Counted from the stretch's first letter, positions 1 through 9,259 are shown. The stretch: 64,000 nucleotides of DNA from Betaproteobacteria bacterium (GCA_016703785.1 JADJBM010000017.1:484-64483), one strand, 5' to 3'. A program made the numbers and translations. Notes: generated from the letters alone by a model not told the origin.

Positions 1-278
1 TGATCTCCAAGCTCGATGCCGGTGAAGCTCCGCGTTACGCCAACCAGGCTCGCTACTTCCTCAAGAAGATTGACGACGGACTCGAAGGGTTCGGGCTGCG
101 CATCGTTAGCCTCGAAGGCCAGCCCTACGACACGGGAATGGCTGTTTCGGCTCTGAACATCGCCGACTTCGGCCCCGACGATGTTCTGTTCGTCGAACAG
201 ATGGTCGAACCGGTCGTAATGGGACCAGACGGGCTTGTCCGCGGCGGAACAGCAATGCTTGCGAAAGTGAACCCATAA
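1..278 (+). CDS. GrpE-like nucleotide-exchange factor, C-terminal fragment (5' end outside window)
   Basis: Frame 3 is open from the window edge to TAA 276-278, which overlaps the next ATG (TAATG). The tail GLRIVSLEGQPYDTGMAVSALNIADFGPDDVLFVEQMVEPVVMGPDGLVRGGTAMLAKV follows the pattern of the GrpE C-terminal beta domain. It is absent from the ORF track because it has no start codon in the window. Confidence 0.45.
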   Translation, partial: ISKLDAGEAPRYANQARYFLKKIDDGLEGFGLRIVSLEGQPYDTGMAVSALNIADFGPDDVLFVEQMVEPVVMGPDGLVRGGTAMLAKVNP

Positions 279-2771
279 TGAAAAACTACATCGGCATCGA
301 CCTCGGGACAACCAACAGCGCCGTGTGTGCCTACGACGGCGAGAACCTGCGCCTGTTCAAGAGTCCCGACCAGAACGACGTCACCCCTTCGGCCATCTTC
401 ATCGACAAGCGTTCCAACAAATACGTCGGCAAGCGCGCCTACGACAACGCCGCGCGCAACCCCGGAAAATGCGGCCACCCTCTTCAAGCGCCTGATGGGA
501 ACCAGCACCCCGGTGAAACTCCCGGCGGTCGACCTCGTCATGACGCCGGAGGAGTGCTCCGCTGAAATCTTGCGCGTGCTCTTCGGCTACATGCCCGAGG
601 AAATTCGCAACGATCCCGAGACCGGGACCGTCATCACTGTTCCTGCAGCCTTCAACCAGATGCAGAAGGACGCCACCATGGCCGCCGCCGAAATGGCTGG
701 ACTCGGCAAGGTCGCTCTAATGCAAGAGCCTGTTGCTGCCGTGATGAGCGTCATGCGCCACCGTAAAGGCGACGGTATGTTCCTCGTCTGACCTGGGCGG
801 CGGCACCCTCGACATCGCTATCGCCGATAGCATCAGCGGCCGGGTGAACCTTCTGGCCCACGGCGGAATCGCCATGTGCGGCGGCCGTGACTTCGACCGC
901 CTCCTGCACGACAACATCGTCAAGCCTTGGCTGATGAAGAACTTTGACCTGCCCGAGAACTTCTCGGCCGATAAGCGCTACACGACATTGCGCCACATGG
1001 CCACATGGGCCGCAGAAAAGGCGAAGATCGACCTATCGTCGAGCGAAGAGGCCGTCGTCACCCTCGATGACAGCGAACTGCGCGTCAAGGACGAGTCCGG
1101 CGCCGATGTCTATCTGGACATTTCCGTCACCCGAGCCACATACGATGACCTGATCGCATCCAAGCTCGAGGAGTCCGTCGCCGCCGCGCGCGCGACTATG
1201 GAAAAAGCGGGACTGAGTCCCCACGACATCGGACGAATCGTCTTCGTCGGCGGCCCGACCCAATACAAGCCCCTGCGCGACAAGATCGCCTTCGAGCTGG
1301 GCATCGCCGCGTCCACCGATGTCAATCCCATGACGGCAGTCGCCGAAGGCGCTGCGGTATTCGCCGAATCCATCGATTGGTCCAGCCAGAACCGCGGTCG
1401 CAAGAGCGGTCGCGGGGCGTTGGCCGCCGGCGGTGGCCTTGACCTCTCTTTCAACTACCAGGCCCGCACGCCGGATTCCAAGGCAAAGGTGGTCGCCAAG
1501 GTCGGAGGCAAAGTCGCCGAGGGGAGCGCATTTCAAGTCGACAGCCTCGACACCGGTTGGTCCTCAGGCAGGGCCGCCCTCACGGACGGCGCTGTAGTCG
1601 AGGTGCCATTGGCCAAACCGGGTGAAAACATTTTCAAAGTGTTCGTGTTCGACGCTGCGGGTGGCCCCGTCAAACTAACGCAGGACAAGATCGCGATCTC
1701 GCGCACTGCCGCCCAGATCGACGCGATCCCCGCGTCGCAATCGATCGGCGTGGAGGCCCGCGAAAGATTGGCGGACGCGTCATCCTCGACTACCTCGTGC
1801 GCGAGGGTGACCAACTGCCGAAGAAAGGTAAGAAGACCTTCAAGGCCGAAGAATCCTTGCGCGCCTCGGCTGCGGGATCAATTAAGTTCAAGCTTTGGGA
1901 AGGCGGCATCGAGGACCCTGTTTCAGACAACCGGTTTATCGGCATGTTTGAGATCAAGGGCTCCGACTTTTCTGACGGTGTAATTGCCAAGGGAGCGGAG
2001 CTCGTGTGCGAATACGAGATTCTCGATTCCGGCAACATCGTCCTCGAGGTTACGGTTCCCTCCATCGGAGGATCGTTCCACAGCGGACGCAACTTCTACT
2101 CGCGCCAAGAGGGCCAGATCGACTACACCAAGGCGGCCAAGCGCATTGACGAGGAGGCTGATCGCGTCGGTGGCCGCATCGACGAGATCGCATCGAAGGT
2201 CGACGATCCCAGGATCGACCAGGCCCGCGAGCGGCTCAAGCGGGCCGCCGCGTCCAAGGGCAACGAGGGCGACCCGGAAACGGCCAAGCAAGCAATGGAC
2301 GACATCCAGGAGGCCAAGAAACTTATTGCCCAAGCCCGCAAGGAGCACCAGAAAGTCATCCGTCAGATGGAGCTCGACAAGACGGTCGACTTCTTCGACT
2401 CGCGCATCCGCGAGCACGCCCGCCCCGCCGAGGCCGGAGCCTTCGACAACCTGGCCAAGACCGCGCAACGCGCCATCGACAACAACAGTGGCGACTTCGA
2501 GTCCCACCTTGACGAGCTCCGAGGCAAGAACTTCATGATCCTCTGGCGCCAGGACTGGTTCGTCATCGACCGGTTCAAGTGGCTCTCCGAGGACGCGTTC
2601 CTGTTCCCCGATGCAAACGAGCACGCGGAGCTTTGCAAAATCGGACGACAGGCTCTCCAAGCGAACGACATAGACAAGCTCCGGCAGGTTGTCGCCCATC
2701 TTGACTCGACCCGCGTCGGCACCGCCGGCGAGGACGACATGGTTGCCGGCTCCAACATTCTGGTGGGCTGA
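278..2771 (+). CDS. Hsp70-family ATPase (~830 aa) with an insert between NBD and SBD and a long helical C-terminus; frame broken 3 times
   Basis: ORF fragments 278..565, 327..791, 844..1983 and 1797..2771 join into one protein. Motifs: IGIDLGTTNS, VITVPAAF, DLGGGTLD, GGRDFD, VFVGGPTQ, NPMTAVAEGAA. An SBD-beta-like stretch follows: IPASQSIGVEA...FKLWEGG...DNRFIGMFEI...VCEYEILDSGNIVLEV. Frame switches lie at the C4 run 460-463, near 785 and near 1760. Confidence 0.85.
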
Positions 2772-2774
2772 TTC

Positions 2775-4238
2775 GTGTCTATCGAGAGCTGGCTTCCGAT
2801 TGGCTTCGAACTGCCCGACGGCGCCCGTTGCGGCCGGGCGCTGCACGGTGAGGCCAACTGGCAGATCGTCGAAACCAGGGGCAGCGGCTGCGCGCTCGTC
2901 GCCAAGACGGATTTGGTCGCCAAGTGGGTCGGCGCTGGCCTGATCGAGGACGGGGCGTTCCGCGAGTTCGCCTTCGGCGCCGAAAACTACCGCGAGGTTT
3001 CCTGCGGGGCAAGCCAATTGCTCGCGCCGCTGGCCGACTGCCGCTCGCCGGAGAACAAGAACGAAGCATTGGCGTTCGCCATGGCGATGAAGGCAACGCG
3101 GGACATCGACCCCGACAGCCCGCTACAGGACGCCCTTTACGTCGAGAAGTTCAGCCGACTGCTGCCATCCTACGGGATCACTTCGCGCACCGATGACGAC
3201 ATCGTCCTTGGCTACTGGTTGACAGGTGGCGCCCGCGTCTCCGTCAAGTCGTTCCGCCGGTTGCGGCAAATGTTAACGTGGATGGAGGCCAAGCAACTGC
3301 GGGATGTCGTCCAGAGCGCCGGATTCGAGGTTTCGGAGGTGATGCCCTTGGACGAACCCCGTCCCGCCGCGTCCTCGCCCGTTCCGGCCGAAAAGGTCGA
3401 CGGAGAACGGCCCGCCGAGCGGGAGGCCGAAGCGCCTACCCAACGTACCCCCGGCTCCTCACCCAAGCCCTTTGAGCTTCCGGGACGACCTGAGCTCGAG
3501 GAATTCTTCAACGAGCATGTGATCGACATCATTCGGAATAAGGAACGCTACAAGGCGCTCGGTGTTGGCTTTCCATCCGCTGTCGTCCTGCACGGCCCAC
3601 CCGGATGCGGGAAAACCTTCGCTGTTGACCAACTGGTCGAATACCTCGGCTGGCCGAGCTTCCAGATCGACGCGTCGAGCGTGGCGAGCCCCTACATTCA
3701 TGAGACCAGCAAGAAGGTCGCTGACATGTTTGACAAGGCTATGCAGAACGCACCTTCGGTCCTGGTAATCGACGAGATGGAGGCGTTCCTGGCCGACCGG
3801 GAAAGCGGAGGCGGCGGCAGCCACCACCGAGTCGAGGAGGTCGCCGAGTTCCTGCGGCGCATTCCAGAGGCCGCCAAGAACGAAGTGCTGATCGTGGCAA
3901 TGACCAACCGGATCGAGATGATCGATTCGGCAATCATGCGCCGAGGCCGGTTCGACCATGTCATCAAGGTCGACTACGCCAACGCCGACGAGGTTCTCGC
4001 CCTACTCGACAAACTGCTGGCCACGCTACCAAAGGACAAAACGGTGGACGCCGGACCGCTGGCCAAGAAACTCGCCGGCCGCCCACTTTCTGACGTCGCC
4101 TTCATCGTACGCGAGGGTGCCCGGCTTGCAGCACGTGCCGGAGAGGACAAGCTCGGACAAGAGTTTTTGCTCGCAGCACTCGAGGACACTCCGTCGAGAA
4201 CCGAAGAGGGTTCCAGCCGGCGCATCGGTTTCGTTTGA
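2775..4238 (+). CDS. AAA+ ATPase (classic Cdc48/FtsH-like clade) with a unique ~230 aa N-terminal region
   Basis: Intact 487 aa ORF with a GTG start 3 nt after the Hsp70 stop. Walker A is VVLHGPPGCGKT and Walker B is VLVIDEMEAF. The sensor/arginine-finger region reads LIVAMTNRIEMIDSAIMRRGRFDHVIKV. Confidence 0.85.
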   Translation: MSIESWLPIGFELPDGARCGRALHGEANWQIVETRGSGCALVAKTDLVAKWVGAGLIEDGAFREFAFGAENYREVSCGASQLLAPLADCRSPENKNEALAFAMAMKATRDIDPDSPLQDALYVEKFSRLLPSYGITSRTDDDIVLGYWLTGGARVSVKSFRRLRQMLTWMEAKQLRDVVQSAGFEVSEVMPLDEPRPAASSPVPAEKVDGERPAEREAEAPTQRTPGSSPKPFELPGRPELEEFFNEHVIDIIRNKERYKALGVGFPSAVVLHGPPGCGKTFAVDQLVEYLGWPSFQIDASSVASPYIHETSKKVADMFDKAMQNAPSVLVIDEMEAFLADRESGGGGSHHRVEEVAEFLRRIPEAAKNEVLIVAMTNRIEMIDSAIMRRGRFDHVIKVDYANADEVLALLDKLLATLPKDKTVDAGPLAKKLAGRPLSDVAFIVREGARLAARAGEDKLGQEFLLAALEDTPSRTEEGSSRRIGFV

Positions 4239-5466
4239 CCGAGGGAAACTGTGGTGCACTCCGGATCGAACGGAAAAGGAAAGGAAAGGGATTCGCGGGA
4301 CTCGACTCCATGGTTTCGGACGTCTCCGCAGACATCGAGGAAGCCGCAAAGGCAGCCCCGCCGAAGGCCCCGGAGACCCCTCCCGCACCTCCTTCCCCGC
4401 CAACCGCACCACCGGTTGCGCCGCCCTCTGCATCCGGTGGCAATTCCAACTACTCACCTCCCGGAAAATCGGGGCCATCCGGGCTTGGCTGGGTCATCGC
4501 TGGAGTCGTGGTCCTGGTAATTTGGATCGCCAATTCCGGGTCGGGAAGCAAAACCGCGACGCCATCCCCGCGTAGCCCCGAGCCCACCTATTCGTCGCCG
4601 ACCCCTGCCACTGCTCCGGCATCAGCTCCCGTTTCCGACACGCAAAAGCCCGCGGTCGGCCGCAACCAAGTGCTTGGCGTCGCGCAAATTCGATACTGCA
4701 AAACTGAGAAGATTCGAATCGAGGCGTTTGAAAGCGTCATCAACAATACCTACGACCACGAGGTGGATCGGTTCAACCGAATCGTCAACGATTACAACTC
4801 GCGCTGTGGGGAATTCCGATACCGTCGCGGGGACGTCGAACGTGTCGAGCGCGCCCGAGCGCGCTCCCATGCGTCGCCGCGAAGTCCGACGGGTGCCGCG
4901 AAGTCCAACGCTGGGTGCGACGGCAACGCTGGCCCTCGGCGCCAACCGCAAAAAAGCCCCGCGCCCAAGGACGGGAGCCCCGGCAGTGCAGACAGATCGG
5001 CCCAAAGCGGAGGCCACGATGGACTCCCTTAGTTACGCAGAGAAGGAATCAATCGAGAGCGCATGCTCGGTGCAAAAGACTCTCTACGGCCCTGCCGAAT
5101 ACAACAAATGCGTTTCCGGGAAGCTTTCAGCCTTGAAGGCCGGCCCGCGAAACATTGATTTGTCGGGACTCAGTTACGCAGAGAAGGAATTCGGCCGGAC
5201 TCGAGAGCGCAGTGCTCAGATCGCAAAAGATCTCTAAGGCCGTGCCGAAGTACAAGGCAAATGCGTTTCCAGTGGAAGCTTTCAGGCGCGAACGCGAAGG
5301 TCGACTACACCGCGAAACATTGATTTGTCGGGACTCAGGTACGCAGAGAAGGAACGCGATCGAGAGCGCATGCTCGAGTGCAAAAGAGTCTCTATGGCAC
5401 TGCCGCGAATACAACAAGTGGTCGACACAAGAATTGCAGGCAGGCCCGCACCGGAAATGCAGGTGA
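4235..5466 (+). CDS. Pro-rich single-pass membrane protein, paralogue A, with three C-terminal Cys-containing repeats (frameshifts plus in-frame TAA)
   Basis: ORFs 4235..5032 and 4674..5237 plus repeat 3. The layout is KGKGFAGLDSMVSDV, a Pro-rich stretch, a TM segment (WVIAGVVVLVIWIA), a second Pro-rich stretch, then QIRYCKTEKIRIEAFE...FNRIVNDYNSRCGEFRYRRG, which is collinear with 7116..7787. The true start may be GTG 4251, giving MVHSGSNGKGK before a shift. TAA 5235-5237 aligns with TAC in repeat 1. The terminal TGA 5464-5466 overlaps ATG 5466. Confidence 0.6.
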
Positions 5467-5470
5467 TGAA
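5027..5470 (+). repeat. Three tandem ~145-165 nt coding repeats (about 50 aa module L-S/R-YAEKE-x-IESACS-x-x-K-x-LYG-x-AEYNKC...PRNIDLSG)
   Basis: Units lie at ~5027-5169, 5170-5335 and 5336-5470. They share strings such as gttacgcagagaaggaa, cgagagcgca, aaatgcgtttcc and cgcgaaacattgatttgtcgggactcag. Units 2 and 3 carry indels and a nonsense change. Confidence 0.85.
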
Positions 5471-7109
5471 AGTAAAACCACGACGCTGCACGCCAATCCA
5501 TTCTGGATTCTTGGCGTCACGACGCGGGATGATCGCCGCAAGATTGTCGAAATGGCCGAGGAACGCTCGCTGCACATCGACCACGACCTTTGCCAGAAGG
5601 CCCGCTCCGACCTGACCAATCCGCGAGCTCGGCTTTCGGCCGAAATGGCCTGGATGCCCGGCGTCGCCCCGAGTGCAGCTGAAAAACTGGTCAAGATACT
5701 GTCTGATAACCCGGTCTTCACGCGCTCCGTGGATAGGTTACCCGAACTCGCCCGCGCGAACCTGATGGCTGCGGCCTTTGAACTTGTGGACGAGTACGAG
5801 CCGGCGGAGTCGATCGCCGAGTTCATCCGCGACTTTGCGTGGGTGGTCGAAACCATCGACGCCAGCGACGTGATGCGCGACGTCAACGAGGATCGGGCCG
5901 TTTCGGGCTTTCCCGAAGTCAGGGAGGTCGAGACGATTGAAGAGGAACTTGCATCGCGGCGCAAGGTTTACAAATCTGTGTTGAAGAATCTTCTGGACAC
6001 GATGGACCCGAACAAACTCGTCGAGACGATGACAGATGCGGTGTCGGTAGCCACCGACGACGGCGAAGATCAAGGACCTGCCCTGATCGACGAACTCGTC
6101 GACGCATACGAGGTGGAGACCCAAGCGTTCTTGCAAAAGGAGTCCGAAAACATTTCGAAGCTGGTTGAAAGCGCAAGGGTCGCCGCGCCGCAGGGGGAAC
6201 GTGCCGTAGCTCCGATACTCGACAAACTCGAGAAGGTTGCGCGCAACTGGGATCGGGTCGCCCAGCCGATCCAGCTAAGTGCCAAGTCGAGAGGAATCCA
6301 GCATCCCCACAGCCGCGAGGTCGCCTACGATCTACGCAGCCTCGGAATTGACTTGAACAACAAGCACGACATGCTCGGCCAAGCCCACCGGATGACAGGG
6401 CTGCTTCAAGAATTGTTCGCCGAATTACCCGAAGTGGCCGAGAGGCTCGGCGAGGACGCCGAGGCCATCGCCGGCCTGCGCAGACAAGCCCAGGAAAAAG
6501 AGAAGAACAATGCCAAGTGGGCACGGGACGTCACATTCAGTGCCGAGGTCGGTCTTGTCTTCAAGGATGAACTTTCCATCTCGCCAAAGGGAATCCAATG
6601 GAAGGGAGCGACCTACCCTCTCGAATCGATCACCGCAGTCCGCTGGGGCGCCGTGCGCAATTCGGTCAACGGAATACCGACGGGAACGGACTACACAATC
6701 GCGTTCGCGAACAACCGGTCCTCGCAGACGATTGAATTGAAGAAGGAGTCAACCTATTCCGGCTTCCTCGAGGCTCTCTGGCGGGCGGTTTGCGTGCGCC
6801 TGATTTTCGACATGGTCTCCGCCCTGGAGGAGGGAGGAGTTTTGGAGTTCGGAGACATAAAGGTTACGGACGACTCAGTGACGCTGACCAAGCACAAACT
6901 GCTTGGAGCCAACGAGAAGGTGCGCCTTGGCTGGCACGATGTTCATGTGTGGAGCGCCAACGGAAGTTTTGTCATCGGAAAACAAGACGACAAGAAGACC
7001 TACGGTTCCGCCTCCTACATCCGACTGGAACACTCACATTTTCGAGCATGTCGTCCGCGGCGGCTTCAAGAAGGGCGTGCGCAAACTCAGCGATTACATC
7101 AAGGATTGA
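5466..7109 (+). CDS. J-domain-like protein lacking an HPD motif, with a large C-terminal region (frameshifted)
   Basis: Main fragment is ORF 5378..7495, and the end is supplied by ORF 6903..7109 (...WNTHIFEHVVRGGFKKGVRKLSDYIKD*). The N-terminus NPFWILGVTTRDDRRKIVEMAEERSL...LTNPRARLSAEMAWMPG has the spacing of J-domain helices I-III, but HIDHD sits where HPD would be. The proposed start ATG 5466 needs a shift in the A4 run 5474-5477. A second shift lies near 7025. Confidence 0.55.
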
Positions 7110-7115
7110 CAGGAT

Positions 7116-7787
7116 ATGGCGAACGACAAGGGCAAGAAGGGATTCGCCGGGCTCGACTCGATGGTCTCGGACGTGGAAGTGCCCAAGCCGAGGCCCGCTC
7201 CGGCCCCGACCCCGGAACCAGTTCGACAGCAGGAGGCGCCCCGGCCGAGCGCCGAGCCCAAGCCGGCCTATTCACCCCCGAAGCCTTCGGGCGGAGGCGC
7301 CGGCAAATGGTGGGCCATCGGAATCGGAGTGGTGGTTCTGTTCTCTTGGCTCGGGGGCTCCGACAAAAAATCTTCCGCCCGTTCCGCGCCGACTCCCTCA
7401 TATTCGGCGCCATCGTATTCCGCTCCAGCTCCGGCTCCGGCTGCAGCGCCTGCATATACTCCGCCCGCCTACGTTCCAGAGCCCGCGCCTGTTAACGTCA
7501 CAAATGACGAGGAAATGCCGCCGGTCGGAAGTGGCCTGTCCCTGAGCAGGTCGCAGATCCGCTATTGCCTCTCTGAAAAGATTCGTGTCACCGCGTGGCA
7601 GGGGCAGGTGAACGAATATTCGGAATCCTCCGTGGGCGCGTTCAACGAGGCCGTGCGTGACTACAACTCCCGCTGCTCGAGCTTCCGCTATCGGAGTGGC
7701 GCGCTCGAAAGTGTGCGCGCGGAGGTGGAAGCGAACCGCTATGCCCTCCAACTCGAGGGTATTCGTAGCGCGGCGGTGAATCCATGA
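7116..7787 (+). CDS. Pro-rich single-pass membrane protein, paralogue B
   Basis: Intact 223 aa ORF. Layout: MANDKGKKGFAGLDSMVSDV, Pro-rich stretch, TM (WWAIGIGVVVLFSWLGG), Pro/Ala/Ser-rich stretch, then QIRYCLSEKIRVTAWQ...FNEAVRDYNSRCSSFRYRSG. Same architecture and motifs as 4235..5466. Confidence 0.75.
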   Translation: MANDKGKKGFAGLDSMVSDVEVPKPRPAPAPTPEPVRQQEAPRPSAEPKPAYSPPKPSGGGAGKWWAIGIGVVVLFSWLGGSDKKSSARSAPTPSYSAPSYSAPAPAPAAAPAYTPPAYVPEPAPVNVTNDEEMPPVGSGLSLSRSQIRYCLSEKIRVTAWQGQVNEYSESSVGAFNEAVRDYNSRCSSFRYRSGALESVRAEVEANRYALQLEGIRSAAVNP

Positions 7788-7999
7788 CCAAGGGAAAGTT
7801 TGGATTCAGCCAATTTGTTGCATCGACTGGGTGAATCCAAGTTGCACAAGATCCATTCAGATCGGGTTATGCGCGATGAATCTTAATGGCGGCTTCCCGA
7901 TTGTAGGCGTTGGCAGTGAATGTCCGCTCCCGATTTCCTCCACCGGCTGCAATGGGCACGAAGCCGACGCGAAGCTGACCGAAAGCGAACAGCGGCTTT

Positions 8000-8061
8000 G
8001 GCCGACGAACGGGCATTCGGCGGATTCCCTTCAAGCCACGCTGCCTCCGGGTATAACCGTC
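8000..8061. repeat. Copy 1 of a 62-nt direct repeat (about 90 percent identical to 9017..9078)
   Basis: ggccgacgaacgggcattcggcggattcccttcaagccacgctgcctccgggtataaccgtc. It lies immediately 3' of the minus-strand gene that ends at 8064. Confidence 0.85.
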
Positions 8062-8063
8062 AC

Positions 8064-8880
8064 TCATTCCTTGTTCTTGTAGAGTGTCCTGAACTGCCCG
8101 TCAGGTAGCGGCTCATCGAAGACATCAAACATCCCACTTCCGACAAGCAGTTTCTTGAGCGTCTTGAAACCGTAGCGCTCCTTGAGGTTCTCCACTTCCT
8201 CAGCCAAATCCCTGTTCGCCAGGTCCCCAGCGCGAGCCAGGTAGGTCCAGCCATCCTCCCGGCGAATCTGGCTGGCCGCGTCCCTCAGGAACGACACAAG
8301 TGGACTGGCTTGCAGCCACATCAGTTCAGATTGCTTCCGATACTCTTCACTGGCCATGAACTCGACAAGCTTCTTCCGGCCATCCTGAACGTGACTGGCC
8401 GTGGTTCGCAGGTGCTCATGCATCGGCAGCACTTTGTCGCGCTGGGCGTCCAGATAGGCCAGAGTCTCCTCAAGCTTTTCCTGCGAGTCAGGCTGCCATC
8501 TTGGCAGGAAGCCATGGATAAGCTCCGTTGCGCTGGTCCGTCATCAGCTTCATGTCTCGGCGCATGGCTTCAACGAACTTGGCATCCGCGGAAATCCGGA
8601 AAGAGAAAGTGACCCAGTCGGCAGGGCCTTCCTCCTCGGGGACCTCAACTCCGGCATCCTGGAGGACTTCGGTTCCGTACCGGTCAACAAGGTGCCCAAG
8701 CATCGTCTTGTTGATGGTGTCGGCCTGCTTCTGTTGGCGTTCCTTGAAATCCGCCGGTGGTGCGCCACCGGCTTGGTGGGAAAGAGAAAGCACCAACAAC
8801 CTCTCGATCTGCTGGAGAAGGAGGTTGCGGCCCATGAGGCGGAGCACTTCGTCTCGAGTTGGTTTGAGGTCGGAATTCAA
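8064..8880 (-). CDS. Hypothetical protein (one frameshift), possible OST-HTH/LOTUS-like C-terminus
   Basis: ORFs 8488..8880 and 8064..8432 are adjacent on the same strand and join across ~8440-8500. The tail ENLKERYGFKTLKKLLVGSGMFDVFDEPLPDGQ is reminiscent of OST-HTH. The gene sits between the two 62-nt repeats. Confidence 0.45.
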
Positions 8881-8989
8881 AGAAGAAGGCCCCGAGGGTG
8901 GGCCGGCCAGATCCTAGCCGCATATTGGGCAGATCCGGCGATTGAGCCGCCTACCGACCCGGAGACGGTATCACTCATAGCGGAAGTAG

Positions 8990-9259
8990 TCAGGGCGGAT
9001 CACCAATGACCGCTTCGGCCGACGAACGGGCATTAGGCGGATTCCCTTCAAGCCATGCTGCCTCAAGGTATACCTGTCTTGCTTCGACTTCGGCCAGATC
9101 AAGGTACCGACACTCTTCGTGCATCACCGGGACGACGGTTGCGTCGTGTGTCCTTACACGCGGGCACGCGACATATCCAGCAAGTACGGCTTTCCCCTCA
9201 TCACGGTCACAGGAGCGACCAATCCCACCGGTGACCCGTGCCAGGCCTACAGCCATCAT
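8990..9259 (-). CDS. Hypothetical ORF fragment whose 3' end contains repeat copy 2
   Basis: 89 aa ORF ending ...QVYLEAAWLEGNPPNARSSAEAVIGDPP*. The same peptide, EAAWLEGNPPNARSSA, is encoded by repeat copy 1, and several of the nucleotide differences are synonymous. Confidence 0.3.
   Translation of the reverse strand: MMAVGLARVTGGIGRSCDRDEGKAVLAGYVACPRVRTHDATVVPVMHEECRYLDLAEVEARQVYLEAAWLEGNPPNARSSAEAVIGDPP
9017..9078. repeat. Copy 2 of the 62-nt direct repeat
   Basis: ggccgacgaacgggcattaggcggattcccttcaagccatgctgcctcaaggtatacctgtc. 6 of 62 positions differ from copy 1. Confidence 0.85.

Noticed and set aside
278-2771. The Hsp70 gene as the housekeeping dnaK.
   Set aside because: It has an extra insert between the NBD and SBD and a non-DnaK C-terminus. 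It has no adjacent canonical dnaJ with HPD and a Cys-rich domain. It is embedded among an AAA+ ATPase, membrane paralogues and island genes.
1923-3017. Long antisense ORFs opposite real genes. Examples are 1923..3017(-), 17417..18622(-), 25063..26451(-), 29175..30740(-) and 31278..32345(-). Others are 32681..33793(-), 44197..45930(-), 48607..49857(-), 49728..51017(-), 54864..56072(+) and 60345..61559(-).
   Set aside because: These are typical shadow ORFs of GC-rich DNA. Their products are Arg/Ala/Gly/Pro-rich low-complexity sequence with no motifs, and the opposite strand carries clearly recognisable genes.
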